From assembly GCA_043803745.1 (NCBI GenBank), contig JAZDJS010000043.1:1-26285 (forward strand): a DNA stretch of 26,285 bases, read 5' to 3'. The number at the start of each line of letters is the position of its first letter. Positions within the stretch are counted from its first letter, which is position 1. This document shows, piece after piece, positions 1-8,620 of the stretch. The notes below the pieces were generated by a model. The model saw nothing but the letters and a program-made list of their open reading frames with translations. It ran no database searches and had not been told where the DNA came from. A program made the position numbers and the translations under genes. This DNA comes from an archaeon (lineage in GTDB: Archaea > SpSt-1190 > DYHY01).

Positions 1-37
1 CAGTTTCTTTTTTATACTACAATTCCCCGGAACTCCC

Positions 38-43
38 AGGTGA
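38..43 (+). promoter_or_regulatory. Shine-Dalgarno site of cdc48
   Basis: AGGTGA 9 nt upstream of the ATG at 53; TTTTTATA TATA-like box near positions 9-16. Confidence 0.55.
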
Positions 44-52
44 GTTTGAGAA

Positions 53-2377
53 ATGCCCGGAAATCCGAAGAATGACAATAATAATCAAAAACCCAATGAA
101 AACAGCCAGCCCGGAGTCGAGGTGAAGGTAGCCGAAATCCCGACAGGACGGCAGGATGATGTCGGACGCGGAATCGTCCGGATTGAATCAAGGGCAATGC
201 GGGCGATTGGGATAGGTCCCGGCGAGGTAATTGAGGTAGAAGGCACGAGGAAATCGGTTGCAATTGCGGACAACGCATATCCGAGCGACATTGGCCTTGG
301 AATAATCCGGATGGACGGGCTTACCCGCAGGAACGTCGGGACAAGCGTTGGCGAATCAGTGACGGTAAGGAAGGCGCAGATTTCGGATGCGAAGAAGGTG
401 ACGATTGCGCCGGCACAGGCGGGAATGATGATCCAACTTCCGGCAAAGACCCTTTCGGTAGTTTTGATGGGGCGCGCCGCAGTGAAGGGCGACATAATCC
501 AGCTCAAGGGGCTCTCTTCCCGCAGCCGCGGCTGGGACAATCCCTTCGACGAGGCAATGGGGATTTTCGAGGCGAACCCCTTCTTCAGCCTTGGCGAAAT
601 GAAATTCATAGTCACTAACACCTCTCCGGCAGGAGCGGTCAGGATTAACGAAAAGACGGAGATAGAAGTGCTTGCCGAGCCTGCGGAGGTTTCGGAGGAG
701 CGGATTCCGGACGTCACTTACGAGGATATCGGCGGGCTCGGGGACGAGGTAAGGAAGGTCAGGGAAATGCTTGAAATTCCCCTGAAACATCCGGAGCTTT
801 TCGACAGGCTTGGAATCGCGCCACCGAAGGGCGTGCTCCTCTACGGGCCTCCCGGAACCGGGAAGACACTCCTTGCAAAGGCTGTTGCGAACGAGACTAA
901 CGCCCATTTCGTCATAATCAACGGTCCCGAGGTGATGAGCAAGTTCGTCGGGGAAGCTGAGAAGAAGGTCCGGGACGTTTTCGAGGAGGCAAGCCAGAAC
1001 GCACCCGCAATAATATTCCTTGACGAAATCGATGCAATCGCCCCGAAGCGGGACGAGTCAATGGGCGCGGAAGGGCGCGTCGTTGCCCAGCTCCTCGCCT
1101 CGATGGACGGGATGACGAAGCGCGGCCAGGTGATGGTCATCGCAGCAACGAACAGGCCGAACGCCCTCGACCCCGCCCTCAGAAGGACTGGAAGGTTCGA
1201 CAGGGAAATTGAGCTTGGCGTCCCGACAAGGCAAGGGAGGAAGGAAGTCCTCCTTATCCACACGAGGAACATGCCCCTCACAAAGGATGTTGAAATTGAC
1301 CGGCTTGCCGAAACTACCCACGGCTATGTCGGAGCCGACCTCGAAGGCCTCTGCAAGGAAGCCGCGATGAACGCACTCAGGAGGCTCATCCCGAAAATAA
1401 ACCTTGAGGATGAGGGTCAGATTCCGAAGGAAGTCCTTGACAAGCTCGAGGTCACGATGGAGGATTTCAATGAGGGGCGGAAGCTCATTGAGCCCTCGGC
1501 AATGCGCGAGGTAATGGTCGAGATCCCGAACATCAAATGGACTGACATTGGCTCGCTGGAAGATGTGAAACAGGAACTCAAGGAAAGCGTTGAGTGGCCG
1601 CTTAAACAGAGGGAAATGTTCTCAAGGATGGGAATCAAGCCACCCAAGGGAATACTCCTCTACGGCCCCCCCGGAACCGGAAAGACCCTCCTAGCCAAGG
1701 CAGTTGCAACGGAGAGCGAGGCTAATTTCATCTCAGTGAAGGGGCCAGAGGTCCTTTCCAAATGGGTCGGGGAAAGCGAAAAGGCGATACGGGAGATTTT
1801 CCGCAGGGCCCGCCAGGTCGCTCCATGCATAGTTTTCTTCGACGAGATAGATTCCATCGCCCCGATAAGGGGGACTGAAACTGGAGGCGCGAAGGTCGGG
1901 GAGCGCGTTGTAAACCAGCTCCTGACCGAGATGGACGGCCTTGAGGAACTCCGCGATGTGATTGTAATTGCGGCAACCAACAGGCCCGACCTAATTGACG
2001 CAGGCCTAATGAGAATCGGAAGGTTCGACAGGCATATCTATGTCCCGGTCCCGACGAAGGAGGATAGGTTGAAGATTTTCCAAATCCATACGAAGGGGAT
2101 GCCGATTGCGAAGGACGTCGACTTTGAGGAGCTTTCAAGCAAGCTCGAGAACTATACCGGCGCCGACATTGCCGGAATCTGCCGGGAAGCGGCGATGTTC
2201 GCGCTCCGGGAGGATTCGGCGGCGAAGGAAGTGAAGGCAAGCCATTTCGAGAGCGCTGTTGAGAAGGTCGGACCGACTGTTACCGAGGATATCCGCAAGT
2301 TCTACGAAAGGATCCAGGATTCATTCAAGGCGGTTTCCTTCAGAAGGAAGGCTCCGGACGACCCGTTCACCCGCTAG
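53..2377 (+). CDS. cdc48: CDC48/VCP (VAT)-family AAA+ ATPase
   Basis: 774 aa. N-domain (DVGRGIVRI), two AAA modules each with Walker A GPPGTGKT, Walker B ([16 protein letters not shown]) and second region of homology (AATNRP...GRFDR). Confidence 0.97.
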   Translation: MPGNPKNDNNNQKPNENSQPGVEVKVAEIPTGRQDDVGRGIVRIESRAMRAIGIGPGEVIEVEGTRKSVAIADNAYPSDIGLGIIRMDGLTRRNVGTSVGESVTVRKAQISDAKKVTIAPAQAGMMIQLPAKTLSVVLMGRAAVKGDIIQLKGLSSRSRGWDNPFDEAMGIFEANPFFSLGEMKFIVTNTSPAGAVRINEKTEIEVLAEPAEVSEERIPDVTYEDIGGLGDEVRKVREMLEIPLKHPELFDRLGIAPPKGVLLYGPPGTGKTLLAKAVANETNAHFVIINGPEVMSKFVGEAEKKVRDVFEEASQNAPAIIFLDEIDAIAPKRDESMGAEGRVVAQLLASMDGMTKRGQVMVIAATNRPNALDPALRRTGRFDREIELGVPTRQGRKEVLLIHTRNMPLTKDVEIDRLAETTHGYVGADLEGLCKEAAMNALRRLIPKINLEDEGQIPKEVLDKLEVTMEDFNEGRKLIEPSAMREVMVEIPNIKWTDIGSLEDVKQELKESVEWPLKQREMFSRMGIKPPKGILLYGPPGTGKTLLAKAVATESEANFISVKGPEVLSKWVGESEKAIREIFRRARQVAPCIVFFDEIDSIAPIRGTETGGAKVGERVVNQLLTEMDGLEELRDVIVIAATNRPDLIDAGLMRIGRFDRHIYVPVPTKEDRLKIFQIHTKGMPIAKDVDFEELSSKLENYTGADIAGICREAAMFALREDSAAKEVKASHFESAVEKVGPTVTEDIRKFYERIQDSFKAVSFRRKAPDDPFTR

Positions 2378-2455
2378 GAAGCGCCGGATATGCTGCAGGT
2401 AAACTGCTTTGCCCTCCTTGGGGCGCTCATTTGCCAGCCACAATGTGATTCCCCG

Positions 2456-4531
2456 CTACGGCATAACCCGCTCGGCTTCCGCATCAACCTTTCCCGTGAC
2501 CGCGTCGACCGCAATCCGTCTCTTCTTGCTCGTGCGGAAAAGCCAGTACGGATAGTAGCACAGCCCGGCCGAGACAATCCGCGCCGAAGTCCCGAAAAGG
2601 CTTGAGACAATCTTCTCGGCATCGGTTTCCGAAAGGTCGGGCTCAAGGACCCGCCCCTCGGCGGAGATTTTCTCGGATGTTATCTCGGGGGTTTTCGGCA
2701 GGGCAAGCGGAACGTTCCTCTTCGACTTGGAGGCATATGTCGAGACCTCCCCCTTCTTCGTCGTCATCACGAACCTTTCCTCAATGAGGTGGTTCAGGTA
2801 TTTCTTCGCAATCCGCTCGTCAAGCCTCAGCCGGTCGACTATTTTCTTCAGCTCAGCCGGTTCGTTAAGGAAAAGGAGCAATTCTCTCTCCGCAGGGGGA
2901 AGCCCGAGAAGCTCGGTAAGTCCGCTTGACTTGCCATTTCCGGTCAGAATCTCGCCAATGAATCCGTCAACATAGACGATTCCAGACTCCCTTGTTGCCG
3001 GGAGCTTGACCTGGACCTGCCAGAACGGATAATAGACCTTTTCCTTCTGGAGGAAATGTTCGGCGGTTACGAAGAAGAGGATTCTCCGTAGTATTTTCTT
3101 CGCTTCCTTGGTTGCCTTGTCAAGGTCGGTTTTCTCCTTTATCGAGAAAATCTTCCTCGCCGCTTCCGGGGCGCGCGCGCGGGCGGTCCCTTCAGATTCT
3201 AGCTTCTCCTTTTCCCTGAGCTTTCTTTCGACAAGCTCCTTCGGGATTTTCCTTTCAAGGGCAAGGGCGCTCCTCCCCTCGTGCTGGGTTCTTCTGGGCC
3301 TTATGTTGATGACGAAGGCGCGGCTGGAGCCCTCTTCCCTATCGGCTACAAGAGCCTCGCCGAGGGGCAGGGAGCGGATGAATGAAACGTCCTCCATTTT
3401 CTTGTCAACTGTCTTTGGAACGCGCCTGAAAACCGACTTGATGTCGTCGTAGAAAACCAGCTTGTGGGAGATGAGCAAGTCCAGCTGGGAAAGGACCTGC
3501 GAGTCAATTGCAGCCGGCTGCTGTGTTGCGAGGACAATCGAGCACCCGGGCCTTCGCCCCTGCTTGACATATTCGACAATTGCGTCTGAAGCAGCGGTTT
3601 TCCTGCTGTTAGGTATCAGCGTGTGAGCTTCGTCAATAACGAGCCAGGTTGGCGGGACGGTTGTGGTCACCTGCCCGAGAGCTTCCCCCCGGGCCGCTAG
3701 CTTGCGGATTTCCAGCACCTTCCGTGCAACAAGCCCGACAACAAGGGCAGAAACGTCCTCCTCGAGGAAGGAGACATCGACAACAGTTACCTTTCCCGGC
3801 TGGGAAAGCTCCTCAATCGGGGTTGCCTTGTCGGAAAGAACTCCCCAGCTCTTGGCTGACTCGAGCCGAGAAATAAGCCCGCGCCGGGTCACTTTTGAAA
3901 AGCCCTTGACCTTGCTTGTAAGGTCCTCGTCCTCCTCAAGTATTTTGGAGATTTCGGCAATAGTATGGTTCCGTCCCGCCTTTGCAATTGCCCTTTCAAG
4001 CGCCAGGGCTGCCGGATCGAACCTTTCCATGCCGAAAGTCAGGCACCAGTCGTCAACAGTAAGGTCCGAGGTCTTGAGCGAGAAGAAGCCGTCATATGTT
4101 TCCTTCGGCGCCTTGCCAACAGCCCCTTCGGGAATCAGGATTGAAACGTTCTCAAGGCCGTCCGGAGTAAGCCCCCACTCCTTCAGGGCTGCAAGCTCCT
4201 TTTCCTGGGAATTGGCTCTTTTGATGCTCCAGAAAACCCCGACAGGGTCAATTACAATAACTCCGACGTTCTTGTTCTTCCTTGCAAGCTCCTCGAGGAG
4301 CACGCCGACCGTATAACTTTTCCCGCTGCCCCTCGCCCCGCAGACGAAAATGACGTGGGGAAAAATCGAGTCAAGGAGGACCTTCGAATCCTTGTGCTTG
4401 CCATCCTCGCCAACCTTCCCGAGGAAAAGCGCGCCCTCCAAAGCGAACTTCTCAAGAGCATCCCTGCTCCTCCCGATATGCGCGTTGCCAGCTTTGTCAG
4501 TTAAGAGGGAGAGCTCTAGGTTTGTTGGCAC
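2456..4531 (-). CDS. HerA/FtsK-like (DUF87-type) P-loop ATPase with C-terminal extension
   Basis: 691 aa, GTG start. Walker A GARGSGKS, IDPVG motif, Walker B LVIDEAH, KQGRRPG arginine-finger region, ATQQP. C-terminal ~230 aa has two YYP(F/Y)W motifs and a probable winged helix. Confidence 0.85.
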   Translation of the reverse strand: MPTNLELSLLTDKAGNAHIGRSRDALEKFALEGALFLGKVGEDGKHKDSKVLLDSIFPHVIFVCGARGSGKSYTVGVLLEELARKNKNVGVIVIDPVGVFWSIKRANSQEKELAALKEWGLTPDGLENVSILIPEGAVGKAPKETYDGFFSLKTSDLTVDDWCLTFGMERFDPAALALERAIAKAGRNHTIAEISKILEEDEDLTSKVKGFSKVTRRGLISRLESAKSWGVLSDKATPIEELSQPGKVTVVDVSFLEEDVSALVVGLVARKVLEIRKLAARGEALGQVTTTVPPTWLVIDEAHTLIPNSRKTAASDAIVEYVKQGRRPGCSIVLATQQPAAIDSQVLSQLDLLISHKLVFYDDIKSVFRRVPKTVDKKMEDVSFIRSLPLGEALVADREEGSSRAFVINIRPRRTQHEGRSALALERKIPKELVERKLREKEKLESEGTARARAPEAARKIFSIKEKTDLDKATKEAKKILRRILFFVTAEHFLQKEKVYYPFWQVQVKLPATRESGIVYVDGFIGEILTGNGKSSGLTELLGLPPAERELLLFLNEPAELKKIVDRLRLDERIAKKYLNHLIEERFVMTTKKGEVSTYASKSKRNVPLALPKTPEITSEKISAEGRVLEPDLSETDAEKIVSSLFGTSARIVSAGLCYYPYWLFRTSKKRRIAVDAVTGKVDAEAERVMP

Positions 4532-4552
4532 GAAATACTTTCAAAAACCCTC

Positions 4553-4592
4553 CTATAAATAAAATAGCCGCCGCCCCGGCAACGCTTATAAA
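4553..4592. promoter_or_regulatory. Divergent TATA boxes for the HerA-like gene (-) and tRNA-Phe (+)
   Basis: CTATAAATAAAA at 4553-4564 and CTTATAAA at 4585-4592, each about 21-26 nt from the respective gene start. Confidence 0.5.
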
Positions 4593-4618
4593 CCTCTTTT
4601 CGGCTATTCCTGTTTGCC

Positions 4619-4692
4619 GGGTCCGTAGCTCAGACTGGGAGAGCGGCAGACTGAAGATCTGTAGGTCATGGGTTCAAATCCCATCGGACCCA
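4619..4692 (+). tRNA. tRNA-Phe (GAA)
   Basis: Acceptor GGGTCCG/CGGACCC, discriminator A, D-arm GCTC/GAGC, anticodon arm GCAGA-CTGAAGA-TCTGT, T-arm ATGGG-TTCAAAT-CCCAT. No intron, CCA not encoded. Confidence 0.97.
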
Positions 4693-4925
4693 CTCGTCCA
4701 GCTGAGGCTGGACTCGTGTTTCCTCAGACTTCGGCTGATGCCTCAGCCATCGGACTCACCAGCGCCGACCGGAAAATTTCAAACTCGGCGCTGTTGACTT
4801 CTCCGGTGCCAAGTAGAACGCAACTTTTCTTATTGGCACGGACCCTCTGAGGAGGGGCTACGCACTGCGTGCTGCTCAGCCACTCGCGGCGCCCCTGCAA
4901 TTTATCTGCGCTGCTCAGCCACCTT
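4693..4925 (+). ncRNA. Putative structured RNA in the tRNA-Phe 3' trailer
   Basis: Serial hairpins: GTCCAGC-TGAG-GCTGGAC, GGCTGA-TGCC-TCAGCC, CAGCGCCGA...TCGGCGCTG, TCCGGTGCCAA...TTGGCACGGA, CCCTC-TGAG-GAGGG. The last two are shared with the tRNA-Asn trailer. Expression not demonstrated. Confidence 0.5.
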
Positions 4926-4952
4926 ACAATCCAATTTTCAAATCCAAGGATG

Positions 4953-5483
4953 CTAGCCCTGTTCGCAAGGCGTGCTATAGAGAACTTCGGCAAGCAGATA
5001 TGCTGCTTCCTTGGACGGCGCGGCTCCCACGAATTCAAGGGAGCGCGTAGCGTCATCTTGGTCGGCGCAAAACCTATATTTTGCAATCGGGGGCACCAGG
5101 AACTTCAGGCCAACGGCACGGAGGCCCTTCACAACAGAGCTTCCTCTGCCGCCGTAGATTGCACACGCCCCTTCGTCTACTGGCAAGGCATATGCGCTTT
5201 CAATTTCCCCGTTCTCAAGGGCGCCCTTGCCTGAAAGTATTTTGGCAACCAGTTCAGGGACTGGCCCGTCCTTGAACATTGGCGTTTTCACAGAAGCCGA
5301 AATCAAGCGCGGCTCGTATTTTCCATTTTTCTCCCTGAACACAACTTCGATTTCAGCTTCCCGGAATCTGAGTTCTCCGACGTTTGTGAGGTCCTGCTCT
5401 CCGATTTTCTCTAGCGACTCGCCAAACTCCCTGTAAATTTTGTCAACGGCGCGCTCAACCTCAGCGGAAATTCTAGTTACCAT
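4953..5483 (-). CDS. Hypothetical protein
   Basis: 176 aa ORF filling the gap, ATG start with TTATAAA about 22 nt upstream; no recognised motif. Confidence 0.7.
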   Translation of the reverse strand: MVTRISAEVERAVDKIYREFGESLEKIGEQDLTNVGELRFREAEIEVVFREKNGKYEPRLISASVKTPMFKDGPVPELVAKILSGKGALENGEIESAYALPVDEGACAIYGGRGSSVVKGLRAVGLKFLVPPIAKYRFCADQDDATRSLEFVGAAPSKEAAYLLAEVLYSTPCEQG

Positions 5484-5521
5484 GTGTAAAGGGTAAGTAT
5501 TCCGTTTATAACAATTTCCAC

Positions 5522-5902
5522 TCAGCCAAGCTCTATTTCCTTGACCTCAACGCCTTTGCCCTCATGGACCAAAAGCTCGATTTTCCGGCATTTCGGGCAT
5601 TCCGCAACAACCTTCCCCTCGGCAACCTCGAAAACGTTCGGCTTGCCAACGAAGCCGCAGATGCATTCAACGACTCCGGGGGTCGTAACGACCTCCATTT
5701 CCGATGATTCGAGCGGACTGTCCTCGATAAGGGCTGAGAGCGTTTCCGCAAGATCGTTAGCCTTCAGGTGGGAAAGCTCCCCGAGCCCTATCACAATTCT
5801 CTTCACGCGCACCTTCCCCTTGTGCTTCCTCCTGACTCCGTCGACAATAACGAGTGCATCATGAAGGATTTTCTCGGCAGCCTCGTAAAGGTCCTTTGCC
5901 AT
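5522..5902 (-). CDS. HypA/HybF-like zinc-binding protein (atypical N-terminus)
   Basis: 126 aa. VKRIVIGLGELS, CICG...CPKC zinc ligands and GKGVEVKEIE C-terminus match the HypA pattern; the N-terminal MHE is absent. Confidence 0.75.
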   Translation of the reverse strand: MAKDLYEAAEKILHDALVIVDGVRRKHKGKVRVKRIVIGLGELSHLKANDLAETLSALIEDSPLESSEMEVVTTPGVVECICGFVGKPNVFEVAEGKVVAECPKCRKIELLVHEGKGVEVKEIELG

Positions 5903-5911
5903 ATTCCCGGA

Positions 5912-6658
5912 CTAGCCGCCCCTTCTTTTTAATCTTTTCAGCAGTTTCTCAACTTCCCTTGCCGCTCCGGATGAGTATTGTATCGCCTTTTTCGGCGCGT
6001 ATGCGATTTCCCTCGGGATTCCCAGCTCCTCGGCAACTCTCCTGAGGACAATCTTCCTGTTTTCCGGGTCCGCGAGCTTCCTTCCAATCGGGATTTTCAA
6101 AGCTTCTTTGACAAGCCTTTCGTCAAGGAAGGGGTTGATGAGGACTTTCCCCTGGCTTGCTGCGACAAGCGAATCCCTTTTCCCGTTCTTCTCCCACATT
6201 TCCTCAATGTCTTCCTTCTGCATCCGCCTAGCTTCCGTCGAGGAACAGGCGTAATATCTCCGGTAGCCGAGGAAAAGCTCGTCAGCTCCCTGACCGGTGA
6301 GGATTTCCCTCGTTCTTGCGCCCTTGCAAAGGAAGTAGAACGGGAGCGCAATCCCCGTCTGGAAAGTGTCGGCTGTCTTGATTATTCTCTGGACTGTTCT
6401 CACGGTTGGAAGGGTGGCCTTGAACCTGATTTTCCGAAGGGGCAATCCAAGGAGTTCCGCGGCCTTTTCCGCCTGCTCGAACTTTCCTTCAACTCCGACC
6501 GCAAGGCAGTCTATCTTTGCCTTTTCCGAAGCGATTTTCGCAACAATTGCGGAATCAACCCCCCCTGAAAATGCAACAGTTGCCTTCTTCAGCCCGGAAA
6601 CCGATTTTTCAACTGCGGACTTTATCAGCTCGGCAATCCTCTGGGAATCAGAAGCCAC
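5912..6658 (-). CDS. Asparagine synthase C-terminal (synthetase-only) domain protein
   Basis: PP-loop AFSGGVDS, TGQGADELFLGY, PFLD, KIVLR, PKKAIQYSSG; no Cys-initiated glutaminase domain. GTG at 6658 preferred over the track start 6667 because of TATA spacing. Confidence 0.85.
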   Translation of the reverse strand: MASDSQRIAELIKSAVEKSVSGLKKATVAFSGGVDSAIVAKIASEKAKIDCLAVGVEGKFEQAEKAAELLGLPLRKIRFKATLPTVRTVQRIIKTADTFQTGIALPFYFLCKGARTREILTGQGADELFLGYRRYYACSSTEARRMQKEDIEEMWEKNGKRDSLVAASQGKVLINPFLDERLVKEALKIPIGRKLADPENRKIVLRRVAEELGIPREIAYAPKKAIQYSSGAAREVEKLLKRLKRRGG

Positions 6659-6681
6659 GGGAGCCAAGCCCGGGCAAGCGT

Positions 6682-6689
6682 TTTTAAAA
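6682..6689. promoter_or_regulatory. Palindromic TATA box shared by divergent genes
   Basis: TTTTAAAA lies 23 nt from GTG 6658 (-) and 22 nt from ATG 6712 (+). Confidence 0.55.
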
Positions 6690-6711
6690 GTAAGGGGGTT
6701 ATTTTGCCCCG

Positions 6712-7689
6712 ATGGCAGTTGAAACTGTTGCCCTCCTTACCCTTTCCCTCCTTGCGGCTTTCGCAACAACCTTCTTCCTGACTCCGGTGATTGCGCGGGA
6801 GCTTGTGAAAGCCGGGATAACCGGTCGGGACATGCACAAGCGGAAGCGCCCGATCCTCGCTGAAATGGGCGGGCTTTCAATTGTGTTCGGGATAATAGTC
6901 GGCTTCTCCTTTGCGATCGCGCTTACGAAAAACAGCAACCCCCTTGAGAACCTCCTTGGCGCGTTCGCCTGCATCCTTGTCATTGCGCTGATAGGGATTG
7001 TCGATGACATTTTCCAGCTTCCCCAGCTCGTGAAGGCGCTCCTGCCGATTCTCGGTGCGCTCCCTCTTATTGCACTCCGGGAAGGCACGAGCGCAGTGAC
7101 CCTCCCGCTCGTAGGGCAGGTTGACTTTGGGATTTTCTACTTGTTGATCCTGATCCCGCTTGGGATAACCGGAGCCGCGAACGCAACGAACATCCTTGCA
7201 GGATTGAACGGGCTCGAGGCGGGGCTCGGGATTGTGATGCATTCGGCGGTTCTTGCGGTTTCACTCCTCGTCCTCCCCTCCCAGCCGGAAGCGATTTACT
7301 CTGCGGCAATCTCGGCAATAATGGTCGGCTCCCTTTTGGCTTTCCTCTGGTTCAACAAATATCCGGCAAAGACTTTCCCGGGGGATGTAGGCACGCTCGT
7401 AATCGGCGGGGCACTTGGCGCAGCAGTAATCCTCGGGAACATTGAGCGGGTAGGGGTTCTCCTTATTATCCCCTATTTCGCAGAGCTCCTTCTCAAGGCG
7501 AAAACGCGCTTCAAGGGCCAGAGTTTCGGCGTCCTTCAGAAGGACGGAACCCTTGCCGCTCCGAAGAAAATCGAATCTCTTACACACGTTGCAATGAAGC
7601 TTGGCAGACTGACGGAAAGCCAGATTGTCCTGGTTCTTGTGGGGATTGAGGCTGTTTTCGGGGGCCTGGCCATTCTGAGCGTTCTCTAA
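6712..7689 (+). CDS. aglH: Glycosyltransferase family 4 (MraY/GPT-like), probable UDP-GlcNAc:dolichyl-phosphate GlcNAc-1-phosphate transferase
   Basis: 325 aa polytopic membrane protein with GRDMHK, EMGG, GIVDD, NILAGLNGLE and FNKYPAKTFPGDVG motifs. Confidence 0.85.
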   Translation: MAVETVALLTLSLLAAFATTFFLTPVIARELVKAGITGRDMHKRKRPILAEMGGLSIVFGIIVGFSFAIALTKNSNPLENLLGAFACILVIALIGIVDDIFQLPQLVKALLPILGALPLIALREGTSAVTLPLVGQVDFGIFYLLILIPLGITGAANATNILAGLNGLEAGLGIVMHSAVLAVSLLVLPSQPEAIYSAAISAIMVGSLLAFLWFNKYPAKTFPGDVGTLVIGGALGAAVILGNIERVGVLLIIPYFAELLLKAKTRFKGQSFGVLQKDGTLAAPKKIESLTHVAMKLGRLTESQIVLVLVGIEAVFGGLAILSVL

Positions 7690-7736
7690 GCCCAGCCAGC
7701 AGAAATCCTTAAAAACTGGCCACTTTTAAATGGTCT

Positions 7737-8591
7737 ATGCCTTCAGAATCAATGGAACCGCGGTTCCTGATGTACAAGCTCCCGGACGGAAGGATTCTTG
7801 CCGGGATGGACGGTTTCAGCTTCAGGCAGGTCGGCGGGACAACCGTCTTCTTCAAGGGGGAAGAGCCTCCCGAAACAGTTTCGCGATATTTGGCTGCCTG
7901 GGCTTTTCTGAACGATGAGTTCGGAAATCCCCCTTCAGTCGAAGGAAAGAACTTTCCGAAAGCGGTCAGCATGGAGACGGGAGAAGATGGAATAGTCCGC
8001 TGGACATATGCTGATACAGACTCCGCCCAAGCTGCTGAAAGGGACGGATTGGTTCTTGGCAAAGCGGAAGGCGAATATGTTCCGCTCCTTTTCACAAGTC
8101 CGGCGGAAAGGATAACAACAGTTTTCGAATATTCCGATTTCATAGAAATGGGGAAGAAATCCTCTCTGAACCCCTCGAGGAACCAGCTGATTCCCATGAA
8201 TTCAGTCCTTTTCGAAGTCAAGGATGGGATTGCCCGCCCAAGCCTGCACGGGCTTTGCCTTGCTTCGGCAAGAGCGCCGGACGCGGAAATCCTCGCAGTT
8301 GACGAGGAAGGGTATGTTGCGCACAAGGGCGCGATTTACTATGCAGACCCAAGGCGCGCTCCGAAGGAAAATAAAGCCGCTTTCAATCAAAAACAGCCCC
8401 CTGCGAAAATCCAAGCGTTTTACGGGAACGTGAGCGTCCCACAAGACGCGCCTTCAGATTATTCTTCCGCCTTGGCAAGCCTGCAGGAAAACGGCTTCAC
8501 CGAACAAGGAATCCCTGGAGACAAGGGCTTCCGCGCTTCAGGCTCGGCCGACGGAAAATTAGTCGTTTTCACATCTCCCGGAGGAGAATAA
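7737..8591 (+). CDS. Hypothetical protein
   Basis: 284 aa ORF filling the gap, TTAAAAA about 21 nt upstream; no recognised motif. Confidence 0.7.
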   Translation: MPSESMEPRFLMYKLPDGRILAGMDGFSFRQVGGTTVFFKGEEPPETVSRYLAAWAFLNDEFGNPPSVEGKNFPKAVSMETGEDGIVRWTYADTDSAQAAERDGLVLGKAEGEYVPLLFTSPAERITTVFEYSDFIEMGKKSSLNPSRNQLIPMNSVLFEVKDGIARPSLHGLCLASARAPDAEILAVDEEGYVAHKGAIYYADPRRAPKENKAAFNQKQPPAKIQAFYGNVSVPQDAPSDYSSALASLQENGFTEQGIPGDKGFRASGSADGKLVVFTSPGGE

Positions 8592-8620
8592 TATTAATAC
8601 CGAGGGAGGTTAGTTTTGCC

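Noticed and set aside
2378-2455. Spacer between cdc48 and the HerA-like gene: two small hairpins and an open frame beyond the HerA TAG
   Set aside because: Stems of only 4-5 bp; TAG, TGA and TAA all end conserved genes at expected positions, so there is no evidence of recoding.
4871-4922. 13-nt direct repeat with a 26-nt spacer as a mini-CRISPR
   Set aside because: Only two short copies and no cas genes; treated as part of the trailer finding.
4937-4945. TTCAAATCC repeats part of the tRNA-Phe T-arm, a possible att remnant
   Set aside because: Only 9 nt, does not extend to the tRNA 3' end, and no integrase is present; compatible with chance.
4953-5483. C-terminus faintly reminiscent of a TBP-like strand-helix
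   Set aside because: Too few matching residues; left as hypothetical.
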